NCBI GenBank assembly: GCA_903840825.1
Contig: CAIMHL010000561.1
Span: 1 to 46,706, forward strand
Direction of reading: 5' to 3'
Origin: an uncultured beta proteobacterium
Lineage (GTDB): Bacteria > Pseudomonadota > Gammaproteobacteria > Burkholderiales > Burkholderiaceae_C
Length of the DNA: 46,706 nucleotides
Shown here: positions 28,055 to 37,436 of the stretch, piece after piece
Layout of the letters: the number at the start of each line of letters is the position of its first letter
Numbering within the stretch: position 1 is the stretch's first letter
The notes under the pieces: model-generated
Databases searched by the model: none
What the model saw: only the letters and a program-made list of their open reading frames with translations
What the model was told of the DNA's origin: nothing
Translations under genes and position numbers: made by a program

Positions 28055-29535
28055 GTGTTTTGCCCTTCCAAAGCGTCCAAATCACTCAACTCAAAGTCTT
28101 CCAAGTTGATGTTTTTAACCCCTTGGCTTTCCAACCAAAAGCGCTGTAGCAAATTACCCAGTACTTGTACGCGGTAGTTGGCGCTGGCGCGCAGGTCTGA
28201 CAGGGGGGTGAATTCTTGGCGCAGAGTAGCCATGGCTTGGGTGATGGTGGCTTGCGTCCAGGGTTTGCCGGTCAAAGCGGCCTCGGTTTGCACCGCGCGC
28301 ATTGGCGTGGCGGCTACGCCACCGGCGCCTATTGAGGCGCTCACCACCTGGCCCGCCACCACATGCACTTGAAGCGCCAGACACACCGCCGAGATGTCGT
28401 CTTCAAAGCGTTTGCTGATCTTAAAAACGCGCGAGAACTCACCCGGCGTGGCTTTGGGCACCTTTATCCAGGCCAGCACTTCGTCGCTGAGTAGTACATT
28501 TTTTCGGTAGCCCGTATAAAAATCTTCCAGCGGCATGTCGCGCTGGCCGCGCTCGCTCATCAGCACCACGCGGCTGCCCAGCGCAATGAGCAAGGGCATG
28601 GTGTCGCCAATGGGTGAGCCATTGGCCACGTTGCCGCCCAGCGTGCCCGAGTTGCGCACGGGCAGTCCGGCAAAGCGGGCGGCGAAGGTGTGCAGGTGAG
28701 GGCGGTCGGCTACCAAGGCGGCAAAGGCTTGGGTCAGGGTGGCGGCGGCGCCAATGCGCAATTCATGCGGGTGGTCTTCAATCTGCCTGAGCTCCTGCAC
28801 CCGGCTTACGTCCAGCACCTGCGCAAAGTTCATGTGCAGTTTGTTGACCCACAGACCTACATCGGTGCAGCCTGCCACGATTTGCGCCTGCGGGTGTTGG
28901 GCGCGTGCGCTTAGCAGGGCGGCCAAGGTGGTGGGTAAAATATATGAAGAATCTGGCTCTAGACCAATAGAAGCCTGCTTAATTAGCTCCAATTTTTGTA
29001 GCAGTTCAGCTTCATTGACCTGCACTGGGGGCAGGCTTTGCATCTGCAGGGCCGCCTCCAAAATAGGCCGGTAACCCGTGCAGCGGCACAAATTGCCAGA
29101 GAGCACCTCGGTGGCTTGCGCCCGCGAGAGCGCCTCCGTTTTGCCTTGCTGGTTTTGGTACAGGCCAAACAAACTCATGGCAAACCCCGGCGTGCAAAAG
29201 CCGCACTGGCTGCCGTGGCACTGCACCAGCGCTTGTTGGGCCGGGTGCAGCGTGCCGTCCTCAGGGGCAATGTCCTCAACCGTCCAAAGCGCCAAGCCGT
29301 TCACCGAATGGGCCATCCGGATGCAGCTGTTGACCGCGCTGTACTTGATTTGGCCGCCGCTGGCCTCGCCTAGCACCACGGTGCAGGCGCCGCAGTCGCC
29401 TTCGTTGCAGCCTTCTTTGGTGCCGGTGCATTGCAAATCTTCGCGCAAAACCTCCAGCAGGGTGCGGGTGGGTGGTACATTGCGCAGCGTGACAAGTTCG
29501 CCGCGCCGTACAAATTGAATGACGTGATGGTTCAT
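28051..29535 (-). CDS. xdhA: Xanthine dehydrogenase small subunit (2Fe-2S + FAD)
   Basis: GTKEGCNEGDCGACT, QCGFCTPG, GNLCRCTGY, GGNVANGSPIGD, KISKRFEDDIS. Confidence 0.95.
   Translation of the reverse strand: MNHHVIQFVRRGELVTLRNVPPTRTLLEVLREDLQCTGTKEGCNEGDCGACTVVLGEASGGQIKYSAVNSCIRMAHSVNGLALWTVEDIAPEDGTLHPAQQALVQCHGSQCGFCTPGFAMSLFGLYQNQQGKTEALSRAQATEVLSGNLCRCTGYRPILEAALQMQSLPPVQVNEAELLQKLELIKQASIGLEPDSSYILPTTLAALLSARAQHPQAQIVAGCTDVGLWVNKLHMNFAQVLDVSRVQELRQIEDHPHELRIGAAATLTQAFAALVADRPHLHTFAARFAGLPVRNSGTLGGNVANGSPIGDTMPLLIALGSRVVLMSERGQRDMPLEDFYTGYRKNVLLSDEVLAWIKVPKATPGEFSRVFKISKRFEDDISAVCLALQVHVVAGQVVSASIGAGGVAATPMRAVQTEAALTGKPWTQATITQAMATLRQEFTPLSDLRASANYRVQVLGNLLQRFWLESQGVKNINLEDFELSDLDALEGQNT
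28940..29002 (-). repeat. 63-bp dispersed motif copy E6 (within xdhA)
   Basis: GCTACAAAAATTGGAGC-TAATTAAGCA...CTAGAGCCAGATTCTTCATATAT. Confidence 0.8.
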
Positions 29536-29630
29536 TTAATAGGGGTGCCTTGAGATAACAGTGCTAGGGTAAAACAGGAGAGGCTAAGCGCCCATAAGCG
29601 CTAGCATATGACACCAATGCAAACCAAGGT

Positions 29631-30569
29631 ATGACAGACTACACCCTTTTTGACAAGATAGACCTTCATTTAATCAGGGTCCTCCATACCGTGCTTACAG
29701 AACGCAGTGTTTCCAAAGCCGCCATCCGCCTGGGCATGCACCAGCCTGCGGTGAGTGCGTCGCTCAAGCGCCTGCGCGACTTTGCAGGTGACCCCTTGTT
29801 GGTGCGCTCGGGTAGCGGCATGGTGCCTACCGACGCTGCCTTGCGCATGGTGGCACCAGCAGCCAGCATTTTGCAGGCGGCGTCCATGTTGTTTTCTGAT
29901 GCGCGGGGCTTTGAGCCGGCCACCGCCACCAACACCTTTCGCCTGGCAGCCAGCGACTACCTCGACCCGCTGTTTTTGCCGCAACTGGTGGCGCAAATCA
30001 AATCAAAAGCACCGCTGTGTCGCATTGAAATTGACCCCCTGGCCGACTCCTTTGATTACCGGGCCAAGCTGGCGCATGGCGAGCTGGATGTGGTGATTGG
30101 CAACTGGCCCACCCCGCCCGATGACCTGCATCTGGGGCGTTTGTTTGAAGACGAAGTGGTGTGCCTGGTGGCCATTGACCACCCCGCGGTGCGGCGCGGC
30201 TGGGATGCGAATGCCTGGCTGGCCGCTGATCACATTGCGCCTAGCGCCCTGCACCCGGGCGCTAAGGGCGTGATTGACGACTACCTCGATTCGCAAGGTC
30301 AAGCGCGCAATATCACCGCACGTTGTCCGCATTTCGGCCAGATACCGGCCATGGTGGCATCAACCTTGCTAGTTTTAACCACGGGCAGGCAGTACTGCGA
30401 GCGATTTGTGGACCTGCTGCCCGTTAAAATTTTGCCCTGTCCCATTGAGTTCCCCCGATTGATGTATTACCAACTTTGGCATGAGCGCAAACACACCTCA
30501 GCCTCGGCCAAATGGCTGCGCGAGCGTGTCAAGTCGGTGGCTGCCAATTTAGCTAAAACGAGAGAGTGA
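29631..30569 (+). CDS. LysR-type regulator divergent from xdhAB
   Basis: IDLHLIRVL...SVSKAAIRLGMHQPAVSASLKRLR...DPLLVR. Confidence 0.92.
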   Translation: MTDYTLFDKIDLHLIRVLHTVLTERSVSKAAIRLGMHQPAVSASLKRLRDFAGDPLLVRSGSGMVPTDAALRMVAPAASILQAASMLFSDARGFEPATATNTFRLAASDYLDPLFLPQLVAQIKSKAPLCRIEIDPLADSFDYRAKLAHGELDVVIGNWPTPPDDLHLGRLFEDEVVCLVAIDHPAVRRGWDANAWLAADHIAPSALHPGAKGVIDDYLDSQGQARNITARCPHFGQIPAMVASTLLVLTTGRQYCERFVDLLPVKILPCPIEFPRLMYYQLWHERKHTSASAKWLRERVKSVAANLAKTRE

Positions 30570-30579
30570 TTGAACCGCC

Positions 30580-32121
30580 ATGACGCCCCGTCTTCAACTG
30601 ACTGACATCACCAAAAGCTACCCTGGTGTCGTCGCCAATAGCCAGGTCGCCTTAACCGTCATGCCCGGCGAAACCCACGCGGTGCTGGGTGAAAACGGGG
30701 CGGGTAAATCCACCCTCATGAAAATCATCTACGGCGCGGTCAAGCCCGATAGCGGCGTGGTGCTGTTCAATGGCCGTCCCGTGGTGGTGCGCAACCCGCA
30801 AGAGGCACGGGCTTTGGGTATCAGCATGGTGTTCCAGCACTTCAGCTTGTTTGACACAATTACCGTGGCCGAGAACGTGTGGCTGGGCCTCAACAAAGGC
30901 CCGAGCCTGCAAGAAGTCACCCGCAGCATCACCGCCAAGGCCTCTGAATACGGGCTTGATATTGACCCCAGCCGCCCGGTGCACACTTTGAGCGTGGGCG
31001 AGATGCAGCGGGTGGAGATTATTCGTGCGCTGTTGACCAACCCACAACTGCTGATTTTGGATGAGCCGACCTCGGTGCTGACGCCGCAGGCGGTAGAGAA
31101 ATTGTTTGTGGTGCTTAAAAAGCTGGCCAGCGAGGGCTGCAGCATTTTGTACATCAGCCACAAGCTGCATGAGATTCGTGAGCTATGCAACGCCTGTACT
31201 GTGCTGCGCGGTGGCAAGGTCACGGGCGTGTGCAACCCCGGTGAAGAGTCCAACGCCTCGCTCTCCAAAATGATGATAGGCACCGAGCCGCCGCTGTTGA
31301 CCCGCCATGCCCCCAAGGTAGGCGCTGCGGTGCTGACCGTGAACAACTTAACCTTGGCGCGCGACGATCAGTTTGGGGTTGACTTGGACGGCATCCACCT
31401 GAATGTGCGCGCAGGCGAGGTGGTGGGCATTGCCGGGGTCTCGGGTAATGGGCAGAAAGAGCTACTTTATGCCTTGTCGGGCGAAGACGTGCGCGCCGCG
31501 CCTGGGGCCATTCGCATCGATGCAGTCGATGCCTCCAAGCTGCACCCCGGCGGGCGTCGCAAACTGGGCCTGCATTTTGTGCCCGAAGAGCGGCTGGGCC
31601 GGGGCGCCGTGCCCACGCTGGGTTTGGCCCACAACCTGCTGCTTACCCGTAACGAGTCGATTGCCTACCCGCGCTTTGTCGGTGGCTGGCTCAAGTTGGC
31701 GCAACTTGAAGCGCATGCAGCCAAGCTTATTCAACGTTTCAATGTAAAAGCAGGGGGCCCCAGGTCGGCGGCCCGTTCCCTGTCAGGGGGCAATTTGCAA
31801 AAATTTATTGTGGGCCGAGAAATTGACGCCCAACCCAAATTGTTCATCGTCTCCCAACCCACCTGGGGGGTTGACGTAGGGGCGGCCGCGCAAATCAGGA
31901 GCGAGATTTTGGCCCTGCGCGATGCTGGTTGTGCGGTGCTGGTGGTCAGCGAAGAGTTGGACGAGTTGTTTGAGTTGAGCGACCGCCTGCATGTGATTGC
32001 CCACGGCAAGCTGTCGCCCTCGGTGCCGATTGCCGATGCCACGGTGACGCAAATTGGGGAGTGGATGAGCGGCCTGTGGCCCACCTTGGCAGCTGCGGGA
32101 GGTCCACATGCTCAGGCTTGA
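30580..32121 (+). CDS. ABC ATPase with two nucleotide-binding domains (nucleoside/purine type)
   Basis: GENGAGKSTL, LSVGEMQRVEI, GVSGNGQ, LSGGNLQK, QPTWGVD. Confidence 0.9.
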   Translation: MTPRLQLTDITKSYPGVVANSQVALTVMPGETHAVLGENGAGKSTLMKIIYGAVKPDSGVVLFNGRPVVVRNPQEARALGISMVFQHFSLFDTITVAENVWLGLNKGPSLQEVTRSITAKASEYGLDIDPSRPVHTLSVGEMQRVEIIRALLTNPQLLILDEPTSVLTPQAVEKLFVVLKKLASEGCSILYISHKLHEIRELCNACTVLRGGKVTGVCNPGEESNASLSKMMIGTEPPLLTRHAPKVGAAVLTVNNLTLARDDQFGVDLDGIHLNVRAGEVVGIAGVSGNGQKELLYALSGEDVRAAPGAIRIDAVDASKLHPGGRRKLGLHFVPEERLGRGAVPTLGLAHNLLLTRNESIAYPRFVGGWLKLAQLEAHAAKLIQRFNVKAGGPRSAARSLSGGNLQKFIVGREIDAQPKLFIVSQPTWGVDVGAAAQIRSEILALRDAGCAVLVVSEELDELFELSDRLHVIAHGKLSPSVPIADATVTQIGEWMSGLWPTLAAAGGPHAQA

Positions 32122-33163
32122 AAACCGGCCCCAACCCTCGTCGTTTTGGGGCTATGCCTCGCCCCTGCTGGCTTTGGTGATCACGGTGGTGATTGGCATG
32201 ACCATGTTTGCGGCGTTGGGCAAAGACCCCGTTAGCGGTTTGCTGGTGTTTTTTTGGGAGCCGCTACGCAGTGGCTACGCGCTGGGCGAATTGATGGTGA
32301 AGGCCACGCCTTTGCTGCTGATCGCCTTGGGACTGGCGGTGTGCTTTCGTTCTAATGTGTGGAATATTGGTGCCGAAGGCCAGTATGTACTGGGGGCTAT
32401 TGCAGCCAGTGGCGTAGCGCTGATGGCCGACAAAACCAGCAGCTCCTGGGTGGTGGTGCCGATTATTTTGGCCGGTGTGTTGGGGGGCATGTTTTGGGCG
32501 GCGATTACCGCCTGGTTGCGCGACCGCTTCAATGCCAATGAAATTTTGGTCAGCCTGATGCTGGTGTATGTGGCGGTGCAGGTGCTTAGTTTTATGGTGG
32601 CGGGCCCTTGGAAAGACCCAAACGGCTACAACTTTCCCCAAACCAAATCGTTTGAACTGGTGACCCGGATTCCGCGCCTCTTCACGGGATCTCGCGTGAG
32701 TATTGGCATCTTTTTGGCGCTGATCGGCGTGCTGGGTATTTGGGTCTTTTTGTTCCGAACGCGGGCTGGTTTTGCCCAGCAAGTAGGGGGCTTGGCTCCG
32801 GCGGCAGCGCGCTACGCGGGCTTTTCCTCGCGCCGTGCGCTGTGGGTGGCGTTGCTCATTTCCGGCGGCATGGCGGGCATGGCGGGTGCTTTAGAGGTGG
32901 CGGGGCCCATTGGCCAGCTGACGCCCTATGTGCCTGCAGGCTACGGTTTTGCCGCCATTATCGTAGCCTTTGTCGGGCGCTTGCACCCGGTGGGCATGGT
33001 GTTCTCAGCGCTCTTAATGAGTATGTTTTATATCGGCGGAGAGCTGGCGCAGTCGCGTCTGGGTTTGCCCAAGTCTTTAACGGGCGTGTTTCAGGGCTTG
33101 TTGCTGTTCTCTTTGTTGGCCTGCGACACGCTGGTGAACTACCGCTTGAAGTGGAGTAAATAA
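32108..33163 (+). CDS. Nucleoside/purine ABC permease 1
   Basis: WNIGAEGQ, NEILVSLM, GYGFAAIIVAFVG. Confidence 0.9.
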   Translation: MLRLENRPQPSSFWGYASPLLALVITVVIGMTMFAALGKDPVSGLLVFFWEPLRSGYALGELMVKATPLLLIALGLAVCFRSNVWNIGAEGQYVLGAIAASGVALMADKTSSSWVVVPIILAGVLGGMFWAAITAWLRDRFNANEILVSLMLVYVAVQVLSFMVAGPWKDPNGYNFPQTKSFELVTRIPRLFTGSRVSIGIFLALIGVLGIWVFLFRTRAGFAQQVGGLAPAAARYAGFSSRRALWVALLISGGMAGMAGALEVAGPIGQLTPYVPAGYGFAAIIVAFVGRLHPVGMVFSALLMSMFYIGGELAQSRLGLPKSLTGVFQGLLLFSLLACDTLVNYRLKWSK

Positions 33164-34083
33164 TGGAATCCTACGCGCTGCTTATCGCCGCCACCCTTAG
33201 CGCGGGTACCGTTTTGGCGCTGGCCTCCCTGGGTTTGCTCATTAATGAAAAAGCCGGCATCGTCAATTTGGGCGCTGAGGGCATCTTGCTGTGCTCGGCG
33301 CTTGCTGGGTTTGCGGCCGTGGTGCACACCGGCAATGACCTGGCTGGTTTTGCCGCAGGCATTGGCGCAGGCGCCTTACTGGCCCTGATCTTTGGCGGGC
33401 TGGTCATCTGGCTCAATACCAACCAATACGCCACCGGGCTGGCCGTGAGTTTGTTTGGTACCGGTTTTTCAGCCTTTGCTGGTATTTCGTATGTGCAGGA
33501 GAAAATCCCTGAGCGCCCCAGTTTTGCGATGCCCTATCTTTCAGACATTCCCTTGGTGGGCCCCGCCCTGTTCAGGCACCACCCACTGGTTTATCTGACG
33601 GTGCTGATTGCCCTAGGCATGATCTGGTTTTTGTACCGCACCCGTTCGGGTCTGGTTTTGCGCAGTGTGGGCGAAAGCCCCGAGTCTGCGCATGCCTTGG
33701 GTTACCCGGTGCGCCTCATTCGCCTGATGGCGGTGGTGGCGGGCGGCGCCTTGTGCGGTCTGGCTGGCGCCTATATTTCGATCGTTTATACGCCCCTTTG
33801 GGTCGAGGGCATTGTGGCCGGTAAGGGCTGGATTGCGCTGGCCTTGACGACTTTTGCCACTTGGCGCCCGGCCCGTGTGCTCTTGGGGGCTTACTTGTTT
33901 GGTGGCGTAACGATGCTACAGTTTCACCTGCAAGGCGTGGGTGTCGATTTGCCCAGCCAGTTGCTCACCATGCTGCCCTACGTGGCCACCATCGTGGTGT
34001 TGGCCCTTATTTCGCGCAACCCGCAGTGGATAAAGATAAATATGCCGACCTCAATCGGCAAACCCTTTTACCCTGGCGCCTGA
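33163..34083 (+). CDS. Nucleoside/purine ABC permease 2
   Basis: EKAGIVNLGAEG, LRSVGESP, AGKGWIALAL. Confidence 0.9.
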   Translation: MESYALLIAATLSAGTVLALASLGLLINEKAGIVNLGAEGILLCSALAGFAAVVHTGNDLAGFAAGIGAGALLALIFGGLVIWLNTNQYATGLAVSLFGTGFSAFAGISYVQEKIPERPSFAMPYLSDIPLVGPALFRHHPLVYLTVLIALGMIWFLYRTRSGLVLRSVGESPESAHALGYPVRLIRLMAVVAGGALCGLAGAYISIVYTPLWVEGIVAGKGWIALALTTFATWRPARVLLGAYLFGGVTMLQFHLQGVGVDLPSQLLTMLPYVATIVVLALISRNPQWIKINMPTSIGKPFYPGA

Positions 34084-34146
34084 TTTCTTGTGGTTCATAA
34101 TTGAACTTTTTTAAACGTCGTAACCCCCTCTGAATAAGGAATTGAC

Positions 34147-35298
34147 ATGACCGATATGCAAAAACGCTCGCTGCTGAAAATAGCCGCACTCACCGCCGTG
34201 GCTGCCGCCGCACTGGTGGGCTGTGGCAAAAAAGAGGAGGCTGCACCCGTAGTGGCTCCCGTAGCTTCAGCCCCAGTGGCAAAGCCTGAGCCACTTAAAA
34301 TTGCGTTTGCCTATGTTGGTCCTGTCGGAGACGGCGGCTGGACCTTTGCCCATGACAACGCCCGTAAAGCGCTTCAAGCCGAGTTTGGCGACAAGATCGT
34401 AACTTCATTTGTCGAGAGCGTGCCCGAGTCCGCTGACGCTGAGCGCGTGATCCGCGACATGGTGGGTCAAGGCAATAAGCTGATTTTTGGCACTACCTTT
34501 GGCTACATGGAGTCCATGCTCAAAGTGGCCGCCGATTCCAAAGACGTCAAGTTTGAGCACGCCACCGGCTACAAGCAAGCCGAGAACATGCGCACCTACG
34601 ACAGCCGCACCTATGAAGGCGCATACATGGCCGGCGTGATTGCTGGCAAGATGACCAAAACCAACACGCTTGGCGTGGTGGCCTCGGTGCCAATTCCTGA
34701 AGTCGTGCGCAACATCAACGCCTTCACTTTGGGCGCGCAGTCCAGCAACCCCAAAATCAAAACCAAAGTGGTTTGGGTGAACGAGTGGTTCAACCCACCA
34801 AAAGAAACCGAAGCCGCAACCTCCCTCATCAACGGTGGCGCTGACGTCTTGTTCCAAAACACCGACTCTCCCGCTGTGCTCAAAACAGCGGAAGCCAAAG
34901 GCAAGCGCGCCTTCGGTTGGGACTCCGACATGACCTCTTATGGCCCCAAAGCCCACTTGGCTTCTGCCGTGATCAACTGGGGCCCTTACTACAGCAAGGC
35001 CACCAAAGAAGCGCTTGAAGGCAAGTGGACCGGTAACACCGGCGCTTGGTGGGGTGTGAAAGAAGGCGCGATTGATATCGTGTCCATCGCCGCTGACGTG
35101 CCTGCTGAGACTGCAGCCAAAGTCGCTGAAGTCAAAAAAGGCTTGGCCGATGGCAGCTTTGTCATCTGGAAAGGCCCCATTATTGATAACACTGGCAAAG
35201 TGCAAATCGCCAAAGACACCGCGGCTGACGACAAGTTCCTAGGTGGCTTGAACTTCTACGTTAAAGGCGTGGAAGGCAAAGTGCCAGGCGCCAAGTAA
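34147..35298 (+). CDS. BMP-family substrate-binding lipoprotein (purine/nucleoside)
   Basis: LVGC lipobox; YVGPVGDGGWTFAHD, IFGTTFGYM, FEHATGYK. Confidence 0.9.
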   Translation: MTDMQKRSLLKIAALTAVAAAALVGCGKKEEAAPVVAPVASAPVAKPEPLKIAFAYVGPVGDGGWTFAHDNARKALQAEFGDKIVTSFVESVPESADAERVIRDMVGQGNKLIFGTTFGYMESMLKVAADSKDVKFEHATGYKQAENMRTYDSRTYEGAYMAGVIAGKMTKTNTLGVVASVPIPEVVRNINAFTLGAQSSNPKIKTKVVWVNEWFNPPKETEAATSLINGGADVLFQNTDSPAVLKTAEAKGKRAFGWDSDMTSYGPKAHLASAVINWGPYYSKATKEALEGKWTGNTGAWWGVKEGAIDIVSIAADVPAETAAKVAEVKKGLADGSFVIWKGPIIDNTGKVQIAKDTAADDKFLGGLNFYVKGVEGKVPGAK

Positions 35299-35316
35299 TT
35301 TTTTGCCTAAGCCTTG

Positions 35317-35342
35317 AAAAACCGCCTTCGGGCGGTTTTTTT
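35317..35342 (+). terminator. Rho-independent terminator, probably bidirectional
   Basis: AAAAACCGCC-TTCG-GGCGGTTTTTTT. Confidence 0.9.
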
Positions 35343-35479
35343 GTTGGAGCACCTGAGTACTTTAGGCAGGTATTGTTGTAAGTTAAACCTAAGAAAAGTC
35401 GACTGCAGCACAATACGATTTTTAAATTCGTGGGCAAGAACCTGCGGATGCTTTCATTTTGTAACCTCAGGAAATTTCC

Positions 35480-35785
35480 ATGTCAAATCGTCGCGAATTT
35501 ATTGCCCAAGTCAGTTTTTTCAGCACCGCCATGATGGCCGGTACCGCTATGGCCGCTGCGCCTATGGCGTCTGAGACAGACCCCGCTTCCAAAGGTTTGG
35601 GCTATGTGGCCGATGCCACCAAGACCGACAAAGTCAAGTACCCCAAGTACGCCGCTGGTCAAGTTTGCTCCAACTGTGCCCTGTACCAAGGTAAGGCCAC
35701 TGATGCCGCCGGTGGTTGCCCCTTGTTTGCTGGTAAGCAAGTCGCTGGCAAAGGCTGGTGCAGTGCTTACGCCAAAAAAGCGTAA
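35480..35785 (+). CDS. High-potential iron-sulfur protein (HiPIP), Tat-exported
   Basis: SNRREFI signal; LGYVADA, CSNCALY...GCPLFAGKQV...GWCSAY with four Cys. Confidence 0.92.
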   Translation: MSNRREFIAQVSFFSTAMMAGTAMAAAPMASETDPASKGLGYVADATKTDKVKYPKYAAGQVCSNCALYQGKATDAAGGCPLFAGKQVAGKGWCSAYAKKA

Positions 35786-35832
35786 TCTAGCCAGCCTGCG
35801 CGCACGCCCTGTTCAGGGCTTGCGAGGCGAGC

Positions 35833-35869
35833 AAAGCCTGCCCAGCGTCAATCTGGTCGGGCTTTTTTT
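35833..35869 (+). terminator. Terminator-like hairpin after HiPIP, abutting the next start codon
   Basis: AAAGCCTG-C-CCAG/CGTCAAT/CTGG-T-CGGGCTTTTTTT immediately followed by ATG 35870. Confidence 0.55.
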
Positions 35870-37414
35870 ATGACCAGTGTGGTTTGGTTCAAGCGGGATT
35901 TTCGCCTGCACGACCATGCGCCGCTCACGCAAGCGGCCCAAGAGGGCCCCGTACTTTGCGTGGTCGCCTTTGAGCCCAGTTTGTGGCTTGGGCAAGATGC
36001 CGCCTGCCAGCACTACCAGTTTATTTTGGAAAGTGCCACAGAGCTGGACCGGCAGTTGCAGCGCCGTGGGGGACGTTTGCACCTGCTGGTGGGTGAAATG
36101 CCCGCCCTGCTTGAGCGCCTGATCGTCCAAATACCCGGTTTTAAGCTCTTTTCCCACGAAGAAACGGGCAATGACCTGAGCTACGCGCGTGATCAGGCGG
36201 TGGCACGCTGGTGCAAAAAAAATGACGTTGTGTGGCAGGAGACACCCCAGTTTGGCGTGGTTCGGCGTCTAAAAAACCGCAATCTCTGGAAAGGCCACTG
36301 GGACGCCCACGTTGAGCAGCCTTGTCTGCCCGTGCCCGACTGGCAAACCCAGGCCTTTGCCCCGCTGCCTTGGGTAGAGCCTGCGCCGCCCACTGCGCAA
36401 GACCTCGGGCTAGACGCGTTTACCCCACCCAAGCGTCAGATTGGGGGGCGTCGCTTGGGTTTGTCGGTGTTGCAAAGCTTTTTGCAAGACCGCAGTGGCC
36501 AGTACCGGGGAGGTATTTCTTCGCCCTTGTCGGCGCCCTCGGCCTGCTCGCGGCTGTCACCCTATTTGGCCTACGGTTGCCTGAGCCTGCGTGAAATTGT
36601 GCATGCCACCCTGCGGCAATACAACCGCCTGCCTGCGGAAGCCGTGCAGCAAAAAAAGGGCTTGGCCGCGTTCATGAGCCGCCTGCATTGGCATTGCCAC
36701 TTTATTCAAAAGCTGGAAAGTGAGCCTGAGCTGGAATGGCGCAATGTGCACCGGGGCTATGACGGTCTGCGCGAAGCCGACTGGAACCCCGCCCACTTTG
36801 AGGCTCTGGTGGCCGGACGCACGGGTTGGCCAATGGTGGATGCATGCGTGGTGATGTTGCGGGAAACGGGCTGGATCAATTTTCGGATGCGCGCCATGTT
36901 GGTGTCGGTGGCGGCTTACCCGCTGTGGCTGCATTGGCAGTCTGTGGGGCAGTGGCTGGCCCGGCAGTTTTTGGACTATGAGCCCGGCATTCACTGGAGC
37001 CAGATGCAAATGCAGTCGGGCACCACCGGCATCAATATTCCCCGGGTTTACAACCCCGTCAAGCAAGCCCGCGACCACGACCCTCATGGCCATTTTGTGC
37101 GGCGCTGGTTGCCTGCGCTGCGCAAGGTGCCCGATGCCTGGTTGTTTGAGCCCTGGCGCATGCCGCCCGACCTGCAAGCGCATTACGGCTTGCTGCCCGG
37201 CGACATAGCCCAGCCGCTGGTGGACCTGGAGGTAGCCACACGTCAAGCCAAAGCGCGGCTCTTTGCCCTGAAAGCCTTGCCCGAGGTGCGGGCCGCCAAG
37301 TCGGCCATTGTGGAAAAACATGGCTCCAGAAAGCGCATGGCCCCCCAACCCAAGCGCGGCAGCGCGGCTAAAACACCCAGCGCACCCACCGCCCAGCTGG
37401 GCCTTGAATTTTGA
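35870..37414 (+). CDS. Cryptochrome/photolyase family protein
   Basis: VVWFKRDFRLHDH, CSRLSPYLAYG, GWINFRMRAML, FLDYEPGIHW, QSGTTGIN, YNPVKQ. Confidence 0.88.
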   Translation: MTSVVWFKRDFRLHDHAPLTQAAQEGPVLCVVAFEPSLWLGQDAACQHYQFILESATELDRQLQRRGGRLHLLVGEMPALLERLIVQIPGFKLFSHEETGNDLSYARDQAVARWCKKNDVVWQETPQFGVVRRLKNRNLWKGHWDAHVEQPCLPVPDWQTQAFAPLPWVEPAPPTAQDLGLDAFTPPKRQIGGRRLGLSVLQSFLQDRSGQYRGGISSPLSAPSACSRLSPYLAYGCLSLREIVHATLRQYNRLPAEAVQQKKGLAAFMSRLHWHCHFIQKLESEPELEWRNVHRGYDGLREADWNPAHFEALVAGRTGWPMVDACVVMLRETGWINFRMRAMLVSVAAYPLWLHWQSVGQWLARQFLDYEPGIHWSQMQMQSGTTGINIPRVYNPVKQARDHDPHGHFVRRWLPALRKVPDAWLFEPWRMPPDLQAHYGLLPGDIAQPLVDLEVATRQAKARLFALKALPEVRAAKSAIVEKHGSRKRMAPQPKRGSAAKTPSAPTAQLGLEF

Positions 37415-37436
37415 AATTAATGAGTAAAAAAATCTT

